A stretch of 50,831 bases of DNA from Armatimonadota bacterium (GTDB lineage: Bacteria; Armatimonadota; Fimbriimonadia; Fimbriimonadales; Fimbriimonadaceae). The notes under the pieces were generated by a model, which was not told the DNA's origin, made no database searches, and worked only from the letters and a program-made list of their open reading frames with translations. Position numbers and translations under genes: made by a program. Location: assembly GCA_031400935.1 (NCBI GenBank), contig JANNQV010000014.1, forward strand, positions 1-50,831. Direction: 5' to 3'. Each line of letters begins with the position of its first letter. The first letter of the stretch is position 1. This document shows positions 18,791 through 26,494 of this stretch, piece after piece.

Positions 18791-21039
18791 CAACCCATCG
18801 TCTTGTAAAGCCATGATCTAGAAAGCGATATTTGGTCAGTCGAATGCGCTCCCAATTCCGCAACGCCTGGCGAAACAATGTTTCTGCCTCTAACTCCAGA
18901 TGGAGGAAGCTCGACGACCTGAATGTACGTTCCGCGATCAATGTAGGGAATCTTGTCTTGACCCGCAAATTGGATTCCAGAAGCGACAAATCGCCATTTT
19001 GAAGGCTCATCAAGCTTTTCAAACATCCGATTGAAACTTGCGGCCACCACGTCGCCTGTTGAGCGTTTCTGCCGGTAATCAACCTTAGTCTTCCCTTCCA
19101 AAGCTTCCAGAATCACGCTAGGTTGAGCCACCGTTCTAAATGTTGCTTCAGAAAGAAAAGTGCCTGTCGTTTCTATAAACAATTCCTCGCGAAGAGCGCG
19201 GAAAAATGCGGAATAGAGGAATGCGCCTGGGGAGCCATCGAGGTTGCGACCGTCGAATGCCAGCAGCACTTCTAATGCCTCCACGAACCGGCCATTCACG
19301 CGAACATTTGGCTTCGGATTACGCAGTTGGGCAAGCATTGATGCTAATTGGGGCCGAATAAGTGGCATCGTCTGCATATACGTTGGTTCAAGCCTAGCGA
19401 TCCACCACGCCGCCATTTCAAGGTCCGAAATGCCGATTGAATCTTTCGGAAGTGCTTTGCGAAGAGCCTCAAGTCGGAATGTCCTTCCCCAAACCGGGGT
19501 ATCCACGTTGGGCCACCATGCCACGGGCTTGTTGTTCCAATTTGAAATCACTCCACTTTCGGGGGCGCGAACCGCTGGCATTTGAGAGTACGCGAACATG
19601 CCTCTCCAATTATTTTTCGGCTCTCCAGGAATTGGGAATCGGTGGTCCAGGCCAGTCGCCCGAATTGGCGCGGCGCCAAGGTATCTGTAACCGATTTTCC
19701 CAGCTTGCAGTGCATAAAAGAAATTGAAAGAAACTGTTGCAGGGCGAAGCGCATCGTCAATGTTCTGGGGTGTGGAAGCCTTTGCAATCAGTCGAACTGA
19801 CTCAAACGATTCCATTTCTCGCATCCACCAACTAGACTTTTGCGAAAATGCATACCCCTTTGTGTTAAGGATGACGGGCCCAAAGTGGGTTCGGTTTTGA
19901 ACAACCTCAGTTTCCTTTCCGCTCTTTGATTTAAGGTGCCATGAAAACTTTTGCAAGGGTCTCGATTCAGTTCCATAAATGTACTTGTCCGTTCCATCCA
20001 GCTTCGAGAAAAACACATCTGTTGTGTCCATTACCCCGCTCGTCATTCCCCATGCGGCAGTTTTAGAATGTCCTATCGCGATTCCGGGCACACCTGGCAC
20101 GTCCATGCCTACGGCAGAATATTCGGGACACGAAATCGAAATTTCATGAACAACGCTCGGCATTGTATGCCCCATTTGCGGTGCCGAAAGCAGAAGCGGA
20201 TACCCAGTCTTGGAGTGTTTGCCATCAACGACGATTGCATAACTGCCTACTTTGTAGGGAACGTTCAGCGATTCCGCAACCAAGGTCGAAGTTTCCCTTT
20301 GCGCCAACCTGATCGAAGGCAAGACGTCCATCAAAGTCAATTTGGGCATCGAGGCAATATGGGCTTCCGTGATGGCACGAGTTCGCTTTGGAAAGAGCGA
20401 GGCGCTTGCCTTTCGGTGATCGTCGTTGGACTCCACAGTCGTCGGCGCATTTGGCGAGTTCTCCCAAAGAAAATCGTCAAAAATGTCGAGTGCCTGCGCC
20501 TTGTTTGGGCGACTTTGCAAATACATCAGCATCGCCATGTTTCGCATTTCACCGCCGCCGCCTTGGCCAAACATTTGGAAAAGGCGAATGGAAATTGCGA
20601 CAGAATCAAGGACATCCCAAGCCCTTGGTGCGAAACCGTTTTCAGCATATCCGGATGGCAATTGGTTTGCCCTTTTGCGGTCTTGAATTGCTAGATTCAC
20701 GCCTTCCGCGTAGCTCCGAAAAATCATCCGAGATTCTTCCGATAACTTGTCGAATTGAGTTTTCAATTCAGAGTCGGTATAAGCTGTTGCCAATACTTCC
20801 TTGTCAGAAGCCAAAAACTTGTCGCCGAATGCCTCGGACATTTGCCCACGGGCCAATCGTCTGGAATTCTCCATTTGCCAAAGGCGATCCATCGCAACGG
20901 CATAACCAGAATTACGAAATGCTTCGTTCAAGTTGGAAGCTGAAATATGGGCTATGCCAAAGGAGTCTCTGGGAATCTCAATTGCGGGAGAAATTAGGGC
21001 AGTAAAAACCAAAAGGCTCAACATTGCATATTTTGGCAT
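18787..21039 (-). CDS. Penicillin acylase family (S45, Ntn-hydrolase) protein
   Basis: RDSFGIAHI, GYAVAMDRLWQME, beta-chain start GSYAIVV, PGVPGIAIGHS, THFGP, NWNNKP. Confidence 0.9.
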   Translation of the reverse strand: MPKYAMLSLLVFTALISPAIEIPRDSFGIAHISASNLNEAFRNSGYAVAMDRLWQMENSRRLARGQMSEAFGDKFLASDKEVLATAYTDSELKTQFDKLSEESRMIFRSYAEGVNLAIQDRKRANQLPSGYAENGFAPRAWDVLDSVAISIRLFQMFGQGGGGEMRNMAMLMYLQSRPNKAQALDIFDDFLWENSPNAPTTVESNDDHRKASASLFPKRTRAITEAHIASMPKLTLMDVLPSIRLAQRETSTLVAESLNVPYKVGSYAIVVDGKHSKTGYPLLLSAPQMGHTMPSVVHEISISCPEYSAVGMDVPGVPGIAIGHSKTAAWGMTSGVMDTTDVFFSKLDGTDKYIYGTESRPLQKFSWHLKSKSGKETEVVQNRTHFGPVILNTKGYAFSQKSSWWMREMESFESVRLIAKASTPQNIDDALRPATVSFNFFYALQAGKIGYRYLGAAPIRATGLDHRFPIPGEPKNNWRGMFAYSQMPAVRAPESGVISNWNNKPVAWWPNVDTPVWGRTFRLEALRKALPKDSIGISDLEMAAWWIARLEPTYMQTMPLIRPQLASMLAQLRNPKPNVRVNGRFVEALEVLLAFDGRNLDGSPGAFLYSAFFRALREELFIETTGTFLSEATFRTVAQPSVILEALEGKTKVDYRQKRSTGDVVAASFNRMFEKLDEPSKWRFVASGIQFAGQDKIPYIDRGTYIQVVELPPSGVRGRNIVSPGVAELGAHSTDQISLSRSWLYKTMGW

Positions 21040-21061
21040 GTTGAGCGGTTTGGGAATTGAG

Positions 21062-21109
21062 CCCCTCCCTTATCTGAGGAACGAGAATGAGGGAGGGGTT
21101 GGGGTGGGA
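21062..21109. repeat. Palindromic interspersed element (CCCCTCCC...GGGAGGGG plus GGGGTGGG tail)
   Basis: Arms CCCCTCCCTTAT / ATGAGGGAGGGG; relatives at 22525-22594 and 26424-26484. Confidence 0.7.
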
Positions 21110-21222
21110 GTAAAAAAGAAAAAACTCAAATCACGAGACAAAAAGCAAGTGGACGCGAAAACAAGGATCGTCCACCAAGTCAAAAAATAGGGAGGAAGGG
21201 AGGCAGTTGCACTCCTAAAAAC

Positions 21223-21411
21223 CTACGGCAAATATCTGCGACCGCCGCCGAGAGCTTTGCGATTGATGAAACTGTACAGGATGAGCCCAATACCTCCAAC
21301 GATGGCTAAAGGAAGAATCAAGTTGATGAGACTGCTCGCGACTCTGAGCACAATCACAACACCAATTGCTCCTAAGATCAGATAAAGGCCAAGTTTCATT
21401 GGGGATGACAT
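21223..21411 (-). CDS. Hypothetical small membrane protein (2 TM)
   Basis: GAGGAG RBS before ATG 21411; two hydrophobic helices; basic C-terminus. Confidence 0.75.
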   Translation of the reverse strand: MSSPMKLGLYLILGAIGVVIVLRVASSLINLILPLAIVGGIGLILYSFINRKALGGGRRYLP

Positions 21412-21580
21412 ATTCAGTTTTCTCCTCACCTCGGACGATTTCTTCAAAACGAATGTTCGAGGCGGACTTATCTATAGGTACAACTATTGTGGGCGGTTAG
21501 CTACAAAATTCGTTTAAACCGGGACTTTTGGCCCTAATCGAATGATCCAGGAACTCGCTCCCTTTCGGTAATCTTAGCTC

Positions 21581-22465
21581 ATGGCTCTGCCCGTTTATCA
21601 AGGAACGCGATTTGATCCAGGTTCAGATTCGCCGTTGCATATTGATGCACCGCTTGTCGCCGATTGGCTTGTTCGATTTCTGAAAGACGAATGTATCCGC
21701 CGCCGAAAGATGAATAGGGCGATTCTCGGACTTTCGGGAGGCGTGGATTCGGCAGTAGTTGCCTATTTATGCGCTAAGGCGTTTGGACCTGAAAACGTCA
21801 TCGCTTTCCGACTTCCTTACAAATTATCGAGCCCAGAAAGCCTTTCTCATGCCCAATTAGTGATTGATGATCTTGGAATCCACGAAAAGACAATTGATAT
21901 TACAAAAATGGTGGATGGCCTAACGACAGAGGTGAATGGCTTCGTTTCAATTGCTGAGCCAAACATTTCCCCAGCAAGACTTGGGAATATTTGCGCCAGA
22001 TGCAGAATGATCGCCCTATTTGATCAATCCGCCAGTTTTGGTGGCCTTCCGATTGGAACTGGAAACAAGACTGAACGGCTCTTTGGATACTTCACTTGGC
22101 ATGCCGACGATACCCCACCCATAAATCCCCTCGGCGACCTCTACAAAACCCAGGTATGGCAATTGGCTTCATTTTTAGGTGTGCCGCAGGTGATCATTGA
22201 CAAACCCCCAACAGCCGACTTAGTTCAGGGGCAAACGGACGAGGGCGACTTTGGCATTTCGTTTCAGAACGCCGACCGTATCCTCCACTACCTAACGCAG
22301 GGCTACACAAAAGAGAAACTGATCTCATTAGGATTTCGTGAGGCTGAAGTTCTTCTCGTCTGGGACAAAGTAGCGGGAACTCATTGGAAAAGGCGTCCGC
22401 CAACGGTTGCAATGCTTTCGACGACGGCGATCGGGGAATATTACTTACGGCCAGTTGATTATTAG
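21581..22465 (+). CDS. nadE: NH3-dependent NAD+ synthetase
   Basis: GLSGGVDS, GNICARCRM, GTGNKTE, GDLYKTQV, KPPTADL and QTDE motifs; no glutaminase domain. Confidence 0.95.
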   Translation: MALPVYQGTRFDPGSDSPLHIDAPLVADWLVRFLKDECIRRRKMNRAILGLSGGVDSAVVAYLCAKAFGPENVIAFRLPYKLSSPESLSHAQLVIDDLGIHEKTIDITKMVDGLTTEVNGFVSIAEPNISPARLGNICARCRMIALFDQSASFGGLPIGTGNKTERLFGYFTWHADDTPPINPLGDLYKTQVWQLASFLGVPQVIIDKPPTADLVQGQTDEGDFGISFQNADRILHYLTQGYTKEKLISLGFREAEVLLVWDKVAGTHWKRRPPTVAMLSTTAIGEYYLRPVDY

Positions 22466-22481
22466 TCGTTTGGGGACGTTT

Positions 22482-22680
22482 GCAAGTTGTTTGCAAGTAG
22501 TCGGCAAGTAGCTGGCCAGGCACCCCTTCCCCCGTCATGCCACTCGCATCCAATCATTCTAGTCTGATTTGACGGGGGAAGGATGGGATGGGGGCAGATC
22601 GCAAAACCTCTCTGCTGTACGACAGAATAGGTGCTGACCGCTTGCCGACTACATGCTGACAACTTGTCAACTACTTGCCA
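22482..22680. repeat. Nested composite element: inverted 11-mer arrays flanking a 13-bp GC palindrome
   Basis: GCAAGTAG-type 11-mers at 22482-22520; CCTTCCCCCGTCA / TGACGGGGGAAGG stem at 22525-22582; inverted 11-mers ending CAACTACTTGCCA at 22632-22680. Confidence 0.8.
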
Positions 22681-22703
22681 TCCATAGTCAAATCCCCTAT
22701 AAT
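22675..22703 (+). promoter_or_regulatory. Near-consensus sigma70 promoter (leaderless)
   Basis: TTGCCA-17 nt-TATAAT, with ATG 6 nt downstream at 22710. Confidence 0.75.
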
Positions 22704-22709
22704 AATCAC

Positions 22710-23792
22710 ATGAAGTTCTGGATGTTGGCGGTTAGCTGGGGATTGCTAGGAATATTATGGATTAGCGGGGTTGGCCAAGGTTCATCTTCTGCACTCCGCA
22801 CTCCCTACTCGTCACTCATTGTTTCCCAGCCATCCCTCGCCAATCCCAACTATTCCCTACTTCCCCAATCCAAACGCTGCCCGAAGGGGCATGTGAATTC
22901 GGCGGATCGAAAGGTCTGTAAAGAATGTGGAGCAAAGTTACCTGCCACAGTAGCAATAATCACAATAATGGTGTGTTCAAAAAATGGACTGTTGGCCACA
23001 TCGTATTGTCCATTAACGAAGTCAAAGCGAGTTGCAAAGAATTCAGTTCCAAAGTCATGCACAACCCACATTCAATTGCAAAATCCAGCTATTAGAATCG
23101 AATCGAAAGTCAATGACAAAGGCATCGAAATGATGCGAGTTCCCGCTGGCGAATTTACAATGGGATCGAATGATCGCAAAGATGAGACGCCGATTCGCAA
23201 GGTTTATCTTGACGAATATTGGATAGGAAAGACAGAAGTTACCGTCGCCCAGTTTCGCAAGTTTTGCGATGCTTCAGGTTACACCTACGACTGGAGCAAA
23301 AACAAGCCAAAATGGGGCTGGCTTGACGACCATCCCATGGTGATCGTAACTTGGCACGAAGCAAGTGCGTTCTGCAATTGGGCTGGCGGCGGTCTGCCAA
23401 CAGAAGCGCAATGGGAGAAGGCTGCAAGAGGACCAAACGCCCTCAAGTTCCCTTGGGGCAACGAGTGGGATGGCGGCAAATGCCAATGCAGCAAGACTGA
23501 AGCTGCCGACGCTAAGCGGACCGCTCCGGTTGGAAGCTTTCCGCGTGGCGCTAGCCCTTTTGGCTGCTTAGATATGGCTGGCAATGTAGCGGAATGGTGC
23601 GCAGATTGGTATGAGAACTACGACGCATCAAAGAAACGAAACCCGCAGGGCCCTCTTGGTGGGTATTGCCGCATGTTGCGCGGCGGCTCGTGGCCATTCA
23701 ACGATTCCGTAAGCTTCCGTTCTACTGATCGGCACAACAACGATCCGACAGCTCTGGGAGACTACTACGGCTTTCGCCTCGCAAGTCGATAG
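22710..23792 (+). CDS. Exported Cys/His-ribbon plus FGE-sulfatase (SUMF1, CLec-fold) domain protein
   Basis: Signal peptide; CPKGHVNSADRKVCKECG ribbon; CSKNGLLATSYCP; GEFTMGS, TEVTVAQF, LPTEAQWEKAARG, DMAGNVAEWC, RGGSW, YGFRLA. Confidence 0.9.
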   Translation: MKFWMLAVSWGLLGILWISGVGQGSSSALRTPYSSLIVSQPSLANPNYSLLPQSKRCPKGHVNSADRKVCKECGAKLPATVAIITIMVCSKNGLLATSYCPLTKSKRVAKNSVPKSCTTHIQLQNPAIRIESKVNDKGIEMMRVPAGEFTMGSNDRKDETPIRKVYLDEYWIGKTEVTVAQFRKFCDASGYTYDWSKNKPKWGWLDDHPMVIVTWHEASAFCNWAGGGLPTEAQWEKAARGPNALKFPWGNEWDGGKCQCSKTEAADAKRTAPVGSFPRGASPFGCLDMAGNVAEWCADWYENYDASKKRNPQGPLGGYCRMLRGGSWPFNDSVSFRSTDRHNNDPTALGDYYGFRLASR

Positions 23793-23823
23793 CTTCTGAT
23801 AGCAGTTTGTGGTTGGCAACTAC

Positions 23824-23852
23824 TTGCCAACCCATTCTCAATCCTCTATAAT
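23824..23852 (+). promoter_or_regulatory. Near-consensus sigma70 promoter (leaderless), paralog of the 22675 promoter
   Basis: TTGCCA-17 nt-TATAAT, with ATG 6 nt downstream at 23859. Confidence 0.75.
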
Positions 23853-23858
23853 AGTCTC

Positions 23859-25013
23859 ATGCGGTTTTGGATGCTGACTCTTGGCTGGGGATTGCTGGGG
23901 ATCGCTGGGATTGGCCTGGGGGCATTTTCCGCTCTCCGCTCGCCACTCTCCGCACTTATCTCTTTGCACTCATCACTCATCTATTCCCAGCCACCTCAAG
24001 CCTTCCAAACCAAACGCTGCCCGAAAGGGCATGTCAACTCGGCGGATCGCAAGGTCTGCAAAGAGTGTGGAGCGAATTTGCCAAAAACGAAACTGCCAGC
24101 AAGAGTAACGATCAAGGTGTGTTCGCAAACTGGGCAATCGGCCAACAATTATTGCCCAGTAACGAAGTTAAAGAATCTTGCTACAACTTCGGTACCCAGA
24201 AAATGCAGTTCTCATAAAGCCTTACCTAAAAATCCCGTTGGAGTTCGGATCACAAACAACTCAGCAGAAGATAGAAGTCCATCATGGGGACCGAATCAAA
24301 TGATCGCGTTCGTTTCCAAACGCGATGGGACTGATGAGATTTACAAGATGAAATCAAATGGTGAAGGAGTAGTGCGACTCACCAATAGTTCCGGAGGAAA
24401 CTACTGGCCCACTTGGAGGCCCGATGGCCGAATTACTTTTGTGTCATTTCGTGATGGTAGTTCCGAAATCTACGTGATGAACGCCGACGGCAGCAATCAG
24501 ACTCGAATCACTACCAATGCAGTGGACGAGACGAGCCCTTCAAGCGGTCCTTTTCAGCAAATAGTGTTTGAATCTGGTCGCGAAGGAAACCCTGAAATCT
24601 TTCTGATGACCGCAAACGGGGAACAGTCTCGTCTCACGAACAACGCAGAATTTGATATCCATCCGAATTTTACAAAGGATGGACGAATTGTTTTTTGCTC
24701 CGAACGCGACGAGAGTTACGGAATCTTCATTATGAATTCTGATGGTAACAACATAAATCGGCTGACAAACAATGTTACTGGAATGGATTGTTTCCCTTGT
24801 TGCGGGCCCGACGGAAGAATAGCATTCATATCCGATATCAGCGGGACACTTGAGATTTATGTAATGAATTCTGATGGAAAAAACTTGATTCGAATTACTC
24901 GCAATTCATCGGATGAATCACAACTTGCTTGGGGACCAGACGGCAGAATTGCTTATGTCTCTAAGCGTGATGGAAATTCTGAGATTTACTTGATGAAAGC
25001 TCCGCCTAAATAA
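23859..25013 (+). CDS. Exported Cys/His-ribbon plus TolB-like (PD40) beta-propeller protein
   Basis: Same N-terminal ribbon as the 22710 protein; repeated PxW-x-PDGRIxFxSxRDGxxEIYxM blades. Confidence 0.9.
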   Translation: MRFWMLTLGWGLLGIAGIGLGAFSALRSPLSALISLHSSLIYSQPPQAFQTKRCPKGHVNSADRKVCKECGANLPKTKLPARVTIKVCSQTGQSANNYCPVTKLKNLATTSVPRKCSSHKALPKNPVGVRITNNSAEDRSPSWGPNQMIAFVSKRDGTDEIYKMKSNGEGVVRLTNSSGGNYWPTWRPDGRITFVSFRDGSSEIYVMNADGSNQTRITTNAVDETSPSSGPFQQIVFESGREGNPEIFLMTANGEQSRLTNNAEFDIHPNFTKDGRIVFCSERDESYGIFIMNSDGNNINRLTNNVTGMDCFPCCGPDGRIAFISDISGTLEIYVMNSDGKNLIRITRNSSDESQLAWGPDGRIAYVSKRDGNSEIYLMKAPPK

Positions 25014-25015
25014 CC

Positions 25016-26323
25016 ATGCAAAACTACCAACTCGGCGAAAAGATAGGGCAAGGAGGAATGGGCAGCGTGTGGCGAGGAAGGCACACCGGCCTAGACCGTG
25101 ATGTCGCCATCAAGTTCATGGATGCTGCCATCTCCGAAGACCAAGTTGCTGTTGAGAGGTTTCTTCGAGAAGCGAAGCTCCTCGCCAAAATTGACCACCC
25201 AAACGTTGTTCGAGTGCATGACACCGGCAGGGACGATAAAGGGCAGCCCTATATTGTCATGGAACTTCTCGATGGCATTTCTCTCTCGGATCGGCTCAAA
25301 AGGGGCCCGATGCCTGAATCGGAAGCAGTGGACATCGCTTGCCAGGTTCTGAACGCGCTGAGTGAAGCCCACAAGCTAGGAATCGTTCACAGAGACGTAA
25401 AGCCAGCCAACATCCGCCTTTGCCCTGGCGGAAAGGTGAAGCTGCTCGATTTTGGCATCGCATTTGGAGCAGACCTTTCCAAACTCTCTCTACCGGGCAA
25501 GGCGATGGGAACTCCAAACTACATGTCACCAGAACAAGCCGAAGGGCAAGAGCCAGTTCCTCAATCTGACATTTATGCGCTGGGAATCGTGCTTTACGAA
25601 ATGCTAACAGGCGAAGTTCCGTTTCGTGCTTCAACGCCGCTTGCCGTGCTTCGCATGCACACTGACAACCCACCTCCAGCATTGCCCGGATTCGTTTCCA
25701 AAAAGCTGAGAGAAGCTGTTGGTTGGGCATTGGAAAAGCGTCCAGAGCGAAGGTTCAAGTCTGCGGATGCCATGCGGGAGTCTTTGACTGGGGCTATTGC
25801 GGTGACTCCAGCAAAGCCAGAACCTGTAGCGAAGATGCGCAACGATCCTGAAGCCACGATTGCCGCCAACAAGCCACTTCCTAAAGAGCAGCCAGCATGG
25901 AGAATTCCTGCAATAATCGGAGTAGTCTGCATTATTGCTATCGGTGGTTTAGGAATGGCTCTCGGCTGGTTTGGGGGCGGGAAGACTCATGAGACGATAG
26001 CCGTTCCAGAGCCGATCTATTACGGTTGGAAGCCAAAGTACAGTGCAGATATCGCAAAGGGCCGCTCAAAAATTGAGTCGCCGGGCAAGAACGGCGAAAA
26101 GTTAATCACATACGACGTGACTTACGAAGGCGGCAAGGAAATTAGCAGGACCCAAGTAGGCGAACCTGACATAACTCCTCCCATTGAAGAAATTCGACTC
26201 ATCGGAACCTCCGCGTTTGTGTATTGCTCAAAGGGGCACAAAAACGAGTGGGACGCCAAGTTCTGCGGATGGTGCGAACCTGCAAATCCGCTTCCGCCGA
26301 TAACGGAAAAAGTAGGGCAATAA
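25016..26323 (+). CDS. Hanks-type Ser/Thr kinase with TM helix, G5 domain and C-terminal Cys/His ribbon
   Basis: GQGGMG, VAIK, HRDVKPAN, DFG, GTPNYMSPEQ; TM; G5-like GKNGEKLITYDVTYEGGKEISR...IRLIGT; CSKGHKNEWDAKFCGWC. Confidence 0.93.
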   Translation: MQNYQLGEKIGQGGMGSVWRGRHTGLDRDVAIKFMDAAISEDQVAVERFLREAKLLAKIDHPNVVRVHDTGRDDKGQPYIVMELLDGISLSDRLKRGPMPESEAVDIACQVLNALSEAHKLGIVHRDVKPANIRLCPGGKVKLLDFGIAFGADLSKLSLPGKAMGTPNYMSPEQAEGQEPVPQSDIYALGIVLYEMLTGEVPFRASTPLAVLRMHTDNPPPALPGFVSKKLREAVGWALEKRPERRFKSADAMRESLTGAIAVTPAKPEPVAKMRNDPEATIAANKPLPKEQPAWRIPAIIGVVCIIAIGGLGMALGWFGGGKTHETIAVPEPIYYGWKPKYSADIAKGRSKIESPGKNGEKLITYDVTYEGGKEISRTQVGEPDITPPIEEIRLIGTSAFVYCSKGHKNEWDAKFCGWCEPANPLPPITEKVGQ

Positions 26324-26386
26324 ATCCACTCGAACAGATTCAAATTCCGCATGCTCTCTGATCTATATCGGATGTAGGTTCTTCGC

Positions 26387-26484
26387 AATCCAAAATCCAA
26401 AATCCAAAATTCGAAGCGCCATTCATCCCTAAATCCCTTCCTCCCTTTTCATGAAATGTACAAGCTTGGAAAAGGGAGGAAGGG
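26387..26484. repeat. (AATCCAA)x3 heptamers followed by a 16-bp palindromic element; may double as a bidirectional terminator
   Basis: aatccaa x3 at 26387-26407; CCCTTCCTCCCTTTTC / GAAAAGGGAGGAAGGG stem at 26435-26484 between convergent genes. Confidence 0.75.
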
Positions 26485-26494
26485 GAATTTGCCT

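Noticed and set aside
18617..18808. Track ORFs overlapping tRNA genes (also 40761-41017)
   Set aside because: Spurious translations across tRNA sequences.
19951..21005. Long plus-strand ORFs (247 aa and 205 aa)
   Set aside because: They are antisense to the well-supported penicillin acylase gene and carry no motifs.
22710..26323. Complete DGR locus
   Set aside because: No reverse transcriptase, Avd-like gene or template repeat in the window.
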